From Cercozoa sp. M6MM (taxonomy: Eukaryota; Protista; Endomyxa: Ascetosporea), in NCBI GenBank assembly GCA_040357565.1, contig JBDODJ010000075.1: a DNA stretch of 55,888 nt, one strand, 5' to 3'. The notes beneath the pieces were generated by a model, which had not been told where the DNA came from, searched no databases, and saw only the letters and a list, made by a program, of their open reading frames with translations. The position numbers and the translations under genes are program-made. This document shows positions 25,348-38,545 of this stretch, in pieces (the first letter of the stretch is position 1; each line of letters starts with the position of its first letter).

Positions 25348-28140
25348 GAGAAAGGAGTGCCTACCCTGTAGCCATGGCAGGCCAATCTCCATGGCATTGT
25401 TCATCAACACGATCGAGGCGAACATTGTTCCCAGTTGCATCTGCAACTCCGGCAGACAGCCCACGGCGTCGTCACTATCCGGGGGGGGGGGGGTAAACTA
25501 AGAGTAACTGAGGGAAGGGGGAGTAAGTACTCGCTGCTGCCGTCGGCGCACCCAACGTGCCAACGCTTGAAGAAGGCCAAGTAGAACAACGTGTCTGTTC
25601 GGGATGAGAAGAGGGGTAAGGGGGTAAAGGGGTAAGACAAGAGCAAGGCAGAAAAGCTACTGTAGTTGTTGACGAACTTGAACAAAAATGTCTTCAAAAT
25701 CAACGAATTCGCGTGTGCCGACTCCGTGCGGTGGTTTTCCCTTCTCAGAAGGGGTAAGGGAGTAAGGGGGTAAGAGGTAGGAGGTAAGGGGAGTCAGGGG
25801 GAAAGGGAAGTCAGGGGATAAGGGAAGTCAGGGGAGTAAGCGGGTAAGGGGTGTAATAAAGAGAGTAAGCCTTACCAGTTGTTGAGCTTGGGCATGATCT
25901 TGCCGTACAGGAAGTTCCACACCTGGATGTTGACGGCCGAGATGACACCGACGAGTGCGCCGCCCCTCTGTGTCTGCCACCAAGGCCGAGCACGCAGCGT
26001 GAAGATACCGACGACGCACGAGACGCACATCATCAGCAGCACGGCCACCGAGGTCAGTGAGAACACTTGTCGCGGCAGACGCTGCTTCCACGAGAACTCC
26101 TCCTGCAGACGACCGTTGATGGCACTGCTCACTCAGTTTCGTATATACTCCCTCCCCCCGTACCCCTCTGGTCAAAGTGACAGGCTACGAATAGCGCCAG
26201 TCGCCGTAGAATTCGGCGCGTGCTTGTTCTTTCGACTTGAACTGTGCCACACAACAATAAATTGTGCTTTCACAAGGCTACCATCATAGTGTACGTTGAG
26301 CTGGCCCCAGCGAGCGTTGTAACGAGCACACAGACGACTCCAGAACTCTCTGAGCGAAAGAGATCACACAAACCAAGTCAAAGAAGAGACCATAACGAAG
26401 GTACCCCATTGTGGCCGCCCAGAGAACAATGATGCCGCCAAGAACAAAGACACCGCCGACATCGACCTTTCCCGACACGAGTTGCATCACGAAAAAGATC
26501 GAACCAACCGCCGCCGGCAGCATCAGCCACTGAGGAAAGAGATAAAGGGCAGGACAGGATAGGGTAGGACAGGGTAGGGCAGAATAGGGCAGGCAGGGTA
26601 GGGCAGGGCAGGGGACAAGAAGGTAGAGCAATGAGTACGACAGAGTAGTGCAACAGGAAGCCGAAATACAGCGCCCAGTTTTCGCCCAAGTAGCGTCGGA
26701 AGTGGTCCAGATTGAGATTCGGCGTCAACGGGTGCTTCACGGCTGCGACAAACAAAGAAGTAAACAAAGTAAAACAGGGGGGGGGGGGGGGTAAAGGCCA
26801 GAAACAGCGAATTATACATGCGACAAACGTCGGCCAAATTTTGGTTCCTTCGCGGGTTTCTGTTGAAAGGCAAGGTCGTAACCAACAAAGCTGAAGAAGA
26901 ACGATAAAGGGAGTACCCGCAAGTGCAGTCGGCGAGTGCAACGGGAAGAATGCCAACAGCGGCGATTTCTTCTTCTTTGCCAATCGCGACACAGTCAGAC
27001 CTAGGTTTACAGCAAAGAAAGAATCAAAGGGCAAACACAACAACACAAAGAGGCAAACAACGCCAAAGCAGGGTACCAGCGTTGCCGTGAATGCGCTCAC
27101 CCTGCACGATGCTGTTCGTGAGCTTGAGACGCACCATCTCACTGCCCATAACACACGAAATAAAACTGATACGACCCAAACGATGCAAGAAACAAAGCAC
27201 TCGAAAGGTGAGTTGGCGTGCTTGTCGGCATCCTCATTGAACTTTTTGAAGAGGTTGTGTCGGCTGTTTCAGACAACAGTACTCACAATCCTCAAAGCCA
27301 CTACGGTAGAATCAGGAGAGAAAAGGGAATACGCAGGCTCGGAGTCGTATGATGCGTGCAAATACTCGAACAAACCGTTCTGGTATTTGCGCAGCTCCAC
27401 GTAGCGCTCGCTGTCCTCTACCAGCGCCTCTCTGCAGCAAGGAAAGTAGATAAACCCTGACTCGCAAGATTTCAACAGCACAAAGTAGAATAAAGCAGCA
27501 CGTACCTCGCACGAAGCTCGAGCTGCGAGTCAAGCACACGGAGTTTCTCTTTCACGGCCTCCGAGTCCAGCAGCAAATCAAAGTTGAGTCTGCAATAGCA
27601 AACTTACCTTATTTTTCTGGCACAACAAAAAAAACTCTATACCGATCAGCTTCTTGACGCAGACGAGTATCAGAGGCGCCAATCAGGACGAAACGTTTGT
27701 CCTCATCCTTGCCCTCTCCTCGAACGCTGCAAGCGACATGCATGTTGGTGACCGGGCTGGCCATCGAGGGAAACGCGGGAAAATAAAATGTACACTTTCG
27801 TGTGCAAACCGGCCAGCTTTAGCTGCTCGAGCATCGTTTGAGTGCACTCCTCAACTGCCGCGCAACAATGCACACATTATTTTAGCACTGAAGTTGAAGG
27901 TACACAGATTCTCTTCGTCGCCGACTGTCTTGCGAACAACAATGGGAGACATAAGGAACTAAACTCAGTTCAGTGGACAAAACAGATCGCACCTGCCAGG
28001 ACAAGGCAGTAGTCCCACGTAAAGTCATCATCGTCATCCGCGCGGAAACGAGTGACGATTGTCTGCTGCTGGAGCGACCCAGACCCATCAGCCGGGAAGG
28101 CATGGGCGCCAGCCTCTACAGCCAATAGGGGCTGCTCCAT
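24053..28140 (-). CDS. Anoctamin / TMEM16 family channel-scramblase
   Basis: [80 protein letters not shown]. Spans an intronic gap at 24372-24471. Confidence 0.93.
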
Positions 28141-28351
28141 CGCTGCCACCGTATGCACACACTGCACCACGCGGCTGCACACGTGCAACAACACGAGCTG
28201 TGGCGCCCCTTAATCAAAGTGGTCAATCTGACTGATCGTGACCGATCAAACAGCACGACTGTCAGTTCGTATTTTACTCGTCAGAGCACAACAGCTCTAC
28301 AAAACCCTCAATGACCAAGAACTGAACTTAACGTTCCGCTTAGTACGTTAT

Positions 28352-29978
28352 TTAATCCGTCTTTTGCTCCTTCTCAAAACTGTGACTACGAAGCTCACGC
28401 ACAACGACATCGCCTGCCTCTGGCGTCAGTGGCTGTCCAAGAATACATTCGCTGATCGCACCAAATGCACCTGGGACAAAAGAAAACACACCAAAAATTC
28501 GAGAGACGGAGCGCGTTCCAAAGCTGGCGTTCCGGGCGGAGACTTGCGATCAACGGCGCGTTTCTCCCGACTGGACAGGTCACTCTCCCGAAGTGTGGTT
28601 TTCCGAGTGGTGGGAGTCATTTTGAGGCCAAGCAGCGGACAGATGGCGTCACGCCAGAGGATTGAAACAATCTTGGCACCCCAGAACAGTTGCAGACCTG
28701 TCAGTGCAATTTTGATACTTTTGATTCTCTTGCAAAATTGACTCCTTCCAGTTGATTGAAAAAATGAACTGACCGGTCAGAGGAAGGAGAAGTCCAATCA
28801 AAGCAACAACAGTAATTTTAGCCCTTAACGGCGATACATGTTCAGGCAAGCCTTCTTCTCTGCTTGCAAGTTATTATTACAGTACTTGATAGTAAAGGAC
28901 TGAAGAAACTGGTAAAATATATGTAAACTTAAGTTTAATTTAAAAAAACTGTACCGAGTGAGCCAAGGAAGCAAGAGCTGCGGAATTGCCATGAGCAGGC
29001 ACGGTACAAAGATCACCACGCTATGCAAAGAAAGTACAAACTCAACAGTTTGGTACATTGAAAGAAATATTGTACCGACACAGCAGGAAGGAGAAAGCGA
29101 ACAACACTTGCACAGTGTTGAACAAAAGGCCACGAGAAGGCACTCCATAGGATCGCAGTTGCACGCGCAGATTCATGAAGGGCGTGCTCACTTCCAGCAG
29201 CAGTCCAAGCACTGTTTCATGCGCACAGTATATGTTTTACAGTATAGTACAGTTTGATTCAACTGTACCAGTCAAGGGATGGTGTGTGAATGGAGTCAAA
29301 GCAACGAGACCACCGACGAGAGCGAGCACGTGGTGCAAAAGCCAGACTGCAAACATGCTGCTCCCGACCACTTGTCGGTGCGAGAGCGTCCAGCAGAGGT
29401 CCCACAGAAAGTAACTCGTGCTCAACATGCTCAGTTTCGACAGCAGCGGATCCTCCTCCCACTGCACAGAATTGTGTACTTTCCCGAGGATTAAAGCAAG
29501 AACACACCTGTCGATCAACATCCCAGATGAGACCCTTTGTTGCAAGGATATAGATGGCCCCGAGAGACACCCAGCCAGCATGCAACATGGCCACGACTCC
29601 ATTTGCAGCATTGGCCGAAGCTGCCCGACGGGACAATCGACGCTTCTGCTGCAGTGCCGTCGGAATCGGCAACGCTACTCGCCCCTATAGGTTTTGGGCT
29701 CCGTAAATGACTTTACTTTCTCCAAAACAACACATACCGCAAGATAGACGAGGGTCCAAAGACACAGGCCCAAGACACAAATGTCCCAGTTGCGACGAAC
29801 GAGCGGTGAGAAGGCACCAAGGATGTCACCCGTGCGCGCAAACACTGCGTTCTCTCGCACTGCTTCTCTTAGCCAGTTCTGTTGAATAACACAATCGCAA
29901 GATTCAGAAATACAACGAAAAGTCGTTGGGTGAAAAGCCCTCGGTTTGGAACCGTTTGTCAAGAGAATCGAGCACCAT
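28352..29978 (-). CDS. TLC (TRAM/LAG1/CLN8) domain membrane protein
   Basis: VVAMLHA..STSYFLWDL..WLLHHVLAL..LLEVSTPFMNLR..FAFSFLLCR..LQLFWGAKIV. The first exon is not resolved. Confidence 0.85.
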
Positions 29979-30192
29979 GTTACAATTTCCGCACTAAATT
30001 TAGACGATCAGAGTGCATATCGTGCGTTTTAGAGTCGTCTCTTGGGTATAAATCACATCATTTTTTGGTTCGGCTCAGACTCATTCGAATCATCAGTGCC
30101 AGGGAAAAACAGGCTCTACCGTGCTCTAAGCATAAGCAGACGCGTGTACGCAGGGAAAGCAGAGGGCCAGCAGTGTTCGTAGTGCTGGCACC

Positions 30193-33100
30193 ATGTTTTT
30201 GCTCGGCCTCTGCCTGGCGGCACTGCTTGCGAGCAGTGTGCGCGGCGAGTGCTCAGTGCGACTGCCTCACTCCCCGGTGTGTTGTTGGTCCTTTCATACA
30301 AGCAACAACACGATATTTAGTCTGCCTGTATTATTCTGCATGTTCAGCGCGGAGGACGGCCGTCGTCAGTCGAAGTGAGTTTCGTTTTTGTCTGTATGGT
30401 GCTCCAAGAGTGTATCTTTGCTTGGTTTAGGTGGACGCTGATCAGCGTGGCTGCTTTGAATGGCACACAGATCGCAAAGACTTGCTGCAGATCCAGGTAC
30501 CGGTTTGCAAAGCTTTGCCTGGTCTAGCAGCATACTTGTTTGCAGGGCGTTGGGCAAGGTTGTGGCACGCAACGTGCGCACAAAGTCAAGGTAACAGCAA
30601 CGTCATCAGCCCAAGATGGTCGTCTGCGTGCCATGGGTACAATCATTGATTTTAGCATCATTTAAGATTGGGGCGTATTTACTCTCTTGTGTTGGTACAG
30701 TCTGGGCCACCGATACGCAAGGCCGCCGCGTGCAGCAGTGCCGTGTGCACTTGGACACGGTGGCACGCATCCAGTTGCTCAAGCGAACACACACCTTCGA
30801 CGTGAACGAAACCGAGTCGCTCTCTGTGCAGGTAGACAAAGTCTGTCAACACCTGTCCATCTGTACTGGTTCTGTAACCAGGCTTTCGATCTGCACGACA
30901 ATGTGTTCTCCTCGCTGAGTGGACTTGACTTCGCCTGGGCATTGGGCGATACGGTACCATACACTTGTACACATATATGTATCTATATAAATGGAGATAT
31001 ATATGTGTATGTGTATGTGTGTTTATGGTGAATAAACAGAGTCTTGTGGTGCTGCACACGACAGGCGGCAGCACGGCCTCGCTGACAGGCAAGCGCACCG
31101 GCAAGACGGACGTGACAGTGACGTTGCAGTCGCGTTTTCTGGACGAGGCGCAGATCGGCACACGCGCCACCGTGGTGATTGCGGAGCGCGTGGACGTGGC
31201 GCCGTCGCCGCTGCGTCTGCCGCCGGCCTCCGTGTTCCAGTTGGCGCTCACGAGTGCCGACACGGCCATCCGACTGCCGTCGTCCACGTGGCATTTTGTC
31301 AGGTACGCTCTGTTCTGTCGTATGTCCCCGTCCATATGTGTATGTGTGTACGTACATGCGCGAATGTATCTATGTGTGTTTGGACAGTGAAAAGCCGTCG
31401 GTGGTGTCGCTGCTGGACGCCGCGTCCGGCGTGCTGCACACGCAGGACAAGGACAGGTAGAGCAATCTGTCCACTTTGTACCGGTCATTTGTACCGCGTG
31501 TTTTGGGGGACAGATCGACAGTGTCGGTGTTCCACAAGGGCCTGGCGCAGGAGGACCAGAAGAACCCGCCCAGGTACCTCCTAACTGAGTGAATCATTGT
31601 TGGTCATTGTGATCGATCATTGTTGATCATTGTTGATCATTGTGGTCACTTGTGTGTGTAGCACGGTGGTGCATGTGTCCGACGTCGAGAAACTCGGACT
31701 CGTGTTCGCGCGCGACGCTATCACCGGTGAGGCTTACTTAGCCCCCCTTACCAGCCGACTCTGACCCTACCCCTCCCCCTCGCAGGCTACGCGTACGAGA
31801 TCCAGGTGCCGCGCAATGCGAGCAAGCCGCGCGACACGGTAGACGTATTCCATTTGCCATTAGCACATTTATTTCCGGGCGGCTTGGGACGTTGCAGGTG
31901 TACGTGCGGCATGCGAGTCGGCACGTGGTGTCGCTGCTGATGCTGGCGGCCTCGGAGACGCTGTTGGACGTGCCGGACAACTTCGAGTTCGACTACGATG
32001 TCACCGACGACTGCAAGCAGGTAGTTTTCCCCGTGTGGTCACTTTGAGTGGTCACTTTGACCGATAACGAGCGCCATGTGGTCACTTTGTGTGGTCAGGT
32101 CCTCACGATGGAGAAGGCCGGTCGCAACACGATGCGCATGTCCGTGTCCGTGTCGCCGTCCACTACGCTGCCGATGCGGTTCACCCCCCCCCCCCCCCTC
32201 CCTTCCCCCCCCCCATCCCCCCCCCCCCCTCTCTGTGTAGCTGCCAGTTGACAGTGTCGGTGGGAACACTGATCGACGAGGAAACTGAGCAGCGCTACGT
32301 TGTTGAGAAGTCTATCGTGCGGTACGTTTTTGCCTTGACCCCCTTGACACCCTTGACCCCCTTGACCCCCTTGATCCCTACACCTACATACTTGGTGTAG
32401 TGATGTGATTGTCACGGACGACGTTGTCGTTCCGCGTTCGCACGTCTTGCTGCCGTAGCTTTACCCCCTGTCTTCCACCCCTATCTTACCCCACCTGCCT
32501 ACCTTATTCCCTCTTTACTCCCTCCCTATCCTACCCCCTATCTTACCCCTCCCTCCTATCTTTACCCACTACCCTTTACCCCGGCAGTTGGACGGGCCAG
32601 GGCTACACAGTGGGAGCAACGCTGCCGCTGCATGCGCGCGGTGGTAGTGGCAGCTACACCTACGCTGTCCGCGCGGAGGAGTCGCCGTGCGTCCGCGTGG
32701 ATGCGCGCACGGGCGCGGTGCGGCAGGTGCTGCGTGAAGGCAGCTGCGACGTCGTCGTTTCCGATGCGCACGACGCCACCAACTTCTTCGTGGTACCTCT
32801 CCTGTTGTTGTGTTTTGTTGTCTTTGTTGGTGCTGGCGTTTCTCATGTGGTGACCCCGACACAGGTCCGCGCGGAAGTGTCGCAACCGCAGCGCGTCGTT
32901 TTCGGCGCCTCGCGACGCGAATTCCTCGCTGGGGTGCTTTCTTGTTGTTATATTGTTGTTGTTGTTGTTTTTTGTTTGTTGTTGTTTTGTGTTGTTTTAT
33001 TTGGTGTTGTTATTTGTTGTATTTGTGCGTGCAGCAAGACGTGTCGATCCCGGTCGGAATCACCGACGCTCAGGGCCGCAGTTTCGACCTGTGCTCCTAT

Positions 33101-36100
33101 GGTACCAACCCACCCTACCCCCTTAATTAAGGACGTGACCCCCCCCCCCTCCCCCCGGCAGAGAAGCCAAGCGCGCGTCGCACGTCGGGCAGCGCGACGG
33201 CGTCGCTCCGCGTGTTGTCGCAGACGGGCTGGCTGCCGAGTCGAAGCGACAGTCGGAAACAACAGTCGGCGAAGGACGCTTTTGTCGATGAAAACGGCGT
33301 CGCCGTCTGCGCCATTCTGCGCGTCGCCGACTCTGCTGTGTAGTTTNNNNNNNNNNNNNNNNNNNNNNNNNNNNNNNNNNNNNNNNNNNNNNNNNNNNNN
33401 NNNNNNNNNNNNNNNNNNNNNNNNNNNNNNNNNNNNNNNNNNNNNNCCCCCCCCCCCAGAGGCAAGTCGGAAGTGACGGTGGCGTGGTGGCGCGTCTCGG
33501 CGCAGGTGGCAACGGCGGCCTACAAGGCGCTGTCGACGGTGCCGGCGGTGTCGGACCTCGTGGTGTCGGAAGGCGGCTCAGTGACGGTGCCACTGACGGG
33601 CGGTGCCGTCGCTCTGTCGCGTGTGGTGCGCGACGTGCGCGTGGACACGGAACACTTCCGCGCGGAGGTGCACAAGTCGCACAAGGAGCACGGACTCACA
33701 CTGACGCTGTCGTGCTTGCGAAGCAACTTGCGCGACGGTGTGCGATCACTCGGCGATATTGATCACGTGGTCTCGGTGGTCACTCACAACCGTCAGAACG
33801 ATCACTCGTGTCCACTGCCGGTGGAGGTCGCGCTGCGACTGCCCGTGATCTGCGTGAAACCCTTCGCTGTGCGCCCGTCGCACGTGCTGCAGCTCGGACC
33901 GTCTACCGGTTGTGTTTCCCCCCCCCCCCCGCCGTACTCCTCCACTGAACCCTCTTACCTCCCCCCCCCCCACACAGAGAAGAAAGTGCAGTACTCGCAC
34001 ACGTACCCGTCCTTCCTGGCGCAGCGTTTCGTCGCTGCTTCTGACGATGGTAGTTTGTACTCCCATCCTTTGGCCTCCTTTATGCCCCCTACCCCTTGTT
34101 TTCAGAACAAGTGGCGAAACCGACGCTGTCGGAGTCGCACGTCGCTGTGCGTGGTGGCACTCTGGGTCGAACCTCGCTCACTGTATTCTTCTCATTCTAC
34201 CCCAAGCTGTGTACGCGTATTGGGAAAACACTGCCACACCCGAGCAGATCAAGCTGGCGCACGCCATCCAAGACACGCGACTCGTGAAAACGCTGCCCGT
34301 GCAGGTAATCTTCTCCTTCCCTTATTTATCTAAAGCTTTAAAAATGCTATTTTTTGTTCACAGGTCCAGTTCACAGGCTTCACGCTGCCCTCGGTGACTT
34401 TGGTGCAGCACAATGCCGTCTTGCTCACCGTGCAGGGTGGTACGACGCTAAATTCCCTTATTTTGACCGTCAAAACAAAACACAAAAGCCCTGACCTCGA
34501 TAAATTTTTGTTTTTTGTTTGCTCAGCAAGCGGCGAATCTCCGGCATGGCCCGAGCTGAGAGGTGCTGCAGTTCGATGGCGTTTGCTGGACACCAGTGTA
34601 ACGCAATCTAACACGTTTTTGGTTTGCCAAAACAGTTTTGTTTTTGCAAAAAACCAAAAAAAATCTGTGCAGGACTCGTCTGTGGCGCGGTTGACGGCCC
34701 CAGTGTCGCTGCGTCACAACGAGTGGCAATCTGCCGAGTATGACGATCGGTAAAACCTTGTGCTGTTTTTTAGTTCATCAATGCGACTTTTTGTTGCAGC
34801 GAGCAATTCTCGATCCGCGTGGAAGCTTTGCGACCTGGCGCAGTGACTGTAAGACTAATCACAAGGATGCCTAGGGTGTAAGTGTATTGCTGACTGGTGT
34901 TTGTGGTCAGGTGGAGGCGCGCGTGCTGATCGCGCAGGTCGAGTTCGTCGCAACGTCGTCGGTGACGATTGTGTTGCCGCTGCCGGCACTTCCTGTGACT
35001 CGAGGTACGTGCTCTGTCCGCTCTTTACCCCTTTACCCCCCCCCCCCCTGGCAGTGCTTCTGCCGCCTGCGTCGCAGTACAGCGCATCGCAGGCGCTGCA
35101 GTCGGAGCACTCGGTGACAGGCTCAGTGACACTGGGCAGCAAGGACAGTGGCATCTCGATGGACCGTTCTTTCGTGGTGACGTCGGGCAGCACGCCGAGT
35201 GACAACCTGCTCAAGTTCGAAACTGAGTTGCAGACACTCTTGCTGCCGGTGCTCTCTTTCAGTCTTAATACTGTATGGTGCACTGTGTGATGTGTGTCGA
35301 TAGGTCCAAGTGCGGCCAGTGCAGCGCCTGCTGGTCTCGGTGGCACGTAGCGACAGCAGCAGTCGCCACGCGGCGCTCTGCGTCGGCGACGTCGTCGCTG
35401 TCGATGTCCTGGCGCAGACTGGCGTAGCTTTCGCCCCGCCCCCCCCCCCCCCCCCCTTCCCCCCCCCCCCCCCCTGGTTCGAGCAGACAGGCGAGGTGTT
35501 CACGTCGACGCGCGGGTCGAAGCTGCGCCGCGCGGTGCAGGTGACGCAGCTGGCGACGCCGCAGCTGCTGCTTCCGCGCGGACAGGGCGAGCACGAGGAC
35601 GAGGCGCTGCTGGCTTCGTTCACGCTGCAGCTGCAGCAGACGGGAGTGACGCTGCTGCACGTGCACGTCGACGGTCAGACTCAGGCTCAGTTGGCACCCG
35701 TGTTCGCACGTGTCACGGTGGTCGACTGCTCGCAACTGCCGGCACCGTCGTCGGCGACGAAACCGTCCGTCACTCGGGAGCGCAGCTCGCAACACTCCGC
35801 CACGCACGACGGCGGTTTTGACGGCGTTTCCGGCGACAGCAGCAGCAACAGCACGCCGATGATTGTGCTGGGAGTAGTGCTGTCCAACGTCGGCGTGCTG
35901 GCGCTGGCCTACGTGCTGTACACGGCCAGACGAAACAAGTCCTCGGCCACTGGCGCTGTCGACAAGAAGGTCCCCGCCATCCGCGGGCCCAATGCCAAGG
36001 CTCTGGTATGTTCCACTCTGGTGTAGTCTTACCTCCTCCCCTACGTCCCTGTAGGCCAAGGTGCAACAACGACACGCCGAGCGATTGCGTTCCGACGTGC

Positions 36101-36409
36101 TGGCGCTGCCCTTCTCGCATGACAGGTAGCCTTTACCCCCGCTTTACCCGCGTCTGTCTATGTAGGTGCGTGTGCATGTGTGTGTGTGTGTGTGTGTATG
36201 TGTGTATGTGTGTGTGATGCAGGAGTTGGTCGCGCGAGACGACGCCGTCGTTTACGTCGACGGAACGACTGACGGACTCGCTGAACAACTCGTTGAGGAG
36301 ACAAACGCAGCAGCAGCAGCAGCAGCAACAACAACTGCACGACACGTCGGCTGCTGGTGCCACGGCGACGCGGCAACGTGGCCTTGTGCTCTTCGACGAC
36401 CACGACTGA
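30193..36409 (+). CDS. NUP210: Nuclear pore membrane glycoprotein gp210
   Basis: Signal peptide; GCFEW; CRVHLDTVARIQL..ESLSVQAFDLHDNVFSSLSGLDFAW; LHARGGSGSYTY; Ig-like beta repeats; single C-terminal TM MIVLGVVLSNVGVLALAYVLY. Spans a gap at 33347-33446. Confidence 0.85.
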
Positions 36410-36597
36410 CTGAAGTCACTAAACTGGGTTGCCTCGTGCGCTGACTGACGTTACGTTAACTAGCGTGAGTTTTGCGTTGCGGTTTGTTGGGCTAACTACA
36501 AGAAACGAAAGTCTAATCCTCTAGTCAGGCAGGCACGGCAGGTTTCAGTTGGTGTTCGGTTCTGGTTCATGTCAGCTGTACGACCGTTGCAGTATAA

Positions 36598-38234
36598 TTA
36601 TTCAAAGCAAGGGCGCATTGTTTCCTCTGCGACTGTTTCTTGTTGTTGCAACTGACGCAGGAAACGACGCAGACAACTTAGAGTTTCCGACCTGGGAAAA
36701 ACTGTTTTGTTGGAAGAGAAGACAACTAAAATCTAAATTGAAACAAAGTGCACCAAGCCGCGTTGCCCGGTGGCACGAGATCCTCTCGTCTCTGTATCGC
36801 TGTCTCGAGTTCTTCTGCCTGCGAGGTGAGTAAGTCCTTTTTTAGAGTTGAGTTCGTAAGTCCTTTAAGGGTACTGTACCATGCTAGCAATGTTCACCAT
36901 CTGTTCTTTTGTCAGCTCGATTGTGCCGAATGACTCTCTACATGTGGGCAGTGTGTTGACTGCGTACACTCTGGAAGAACACAAAGACGGATGCATACGC
37001 CAAACAACGCAGCGCAGGCAGCCAACGAATCGCCACGAGCAGCGAATCTTCGCCTTCGTCGCGTAAACGAGCCGCGAGCGTTTTCTTAAATGTTTACACA
37101 AATGTATAACAGTCAGTTGAAGGAAAACTGTTTCAACAGTACCAGGTTGTCCATCAGCCATTCATGTGCTCCGTCAAGCCCGCTCTACGTTTCTCATGCC
37201 AACTGAAGTCTAAAACACTGAAAGCAGGTCTTACGGCATGAAGAGCCTGCAGCAACTCTTTGGAGAATGCGTCATTGGCCACAGCGACGTAATGTTCGAT
37301 GTTTTTGGTGTCGTAGAACTATCCCCCCAACAGGTGCAGGTTAAAACTATAGTTTCACTTGGGTGATATCTTACTTTGACTTTTAGATGGTATTGCTCGA
37401 ATATGTCGAGCCAAATCGACGTGTCTTGATTCAACCTGTACAATACATATCCATTTGGAGGCTGTTGAATCCTGTATAACTTGTATCGTTGAACCGTTCC
37501 ATCGTCTCATACACCGTTTTGAAGGCAGATCCCTGCTGAAGCACACGCACTGCCAGTTCGTTGATATCACTTGAAACGAAAGGAGCGGTACTGAAATCAA
37601 CTCGTCCGGTCGATTCTGATTCACTTCAGCCAGTCGGTTGATCACTAAAGCAACAGCGACGGAGGTACTCCTACAGCTTGGTGTACAGTACTCTTTTAAC
37701 ACAACAGACTCACGTTGCTGAGAAGCTTTAAGGTCGTGAGATAACAGCGATTGCAGAAGCACCTTGCAGTACAGGTCAACTGAACAAACCTGAAAGTAAC
37801 TGAACAAACTGAACTGGGCTGAAGGATTTCACCGCCCACCTGAGAGTTCTTTGTTGTCAGTTTGGTCGCGCTTGGGAAAGAATGGCGCGCAGAGTTCTGC
37901 GGTTTCGGCAGACATTCTGTAAGACGGATCGTGCGTCACCTGCAGCAGCGTGTGTTTAATCAGCCTCAAACACACGAGTGTCACGGCCAGCTTACCCGGG
38001 AGTTAATGCCTTTGGTAGGAAGTGACACAGACTGAGAAGTCAGGTGAAACTGGGCTTGTCGCCGCAGTGGACGCAAGGTCATACGCAGCATCCTGTTTTC
38101 GTTCAGTACGTATACTCCTCAGTTTGGTTCCGCTCAAGTGCACTTGAACGCAGTTTCTTGAAACTGAATCGACTGCGAGGTGCGCACCAGTGTCTGTGCC
38201 TCCAATAATTTTTAATAAGTCTGTATCTTGTCAT
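36598..38234 (-). CDS. Orphan protein, short paralog of the 38546-42511 gene
   Basis: Collinear peptide blocks and a shared intron position with 41000-42300 (see findings). Start is uncertain. Confidence 0.6.
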
Positions 38235-38545
38235 GCACTACTCACAACTTGCAGCAGTTGCGAGTTGCAAGTGTTGGACCTCCGCTCAAAACTCGAGGTT
38301 TCCTTCGGCTAAATCGCAAAAAACCTGGAGAAAACCAACCCGACCGGCAGGCGAAACGCTTTCTTAATAAAACAGGAAGACGTATCTTAACTACTGAGCG
38401 TACAGTGACATTTGACTTGTAGAACCTGGCTGAAGTACTGTACAGTACAGAAGCGTAGATGATGCATCGTCATGCATCAGAGTGTCTCAGTCAAAACTGG
38501 CCGTCTATCCGAAGCTGAAGGGTACCTGCGCTGCACTGTACTCCT

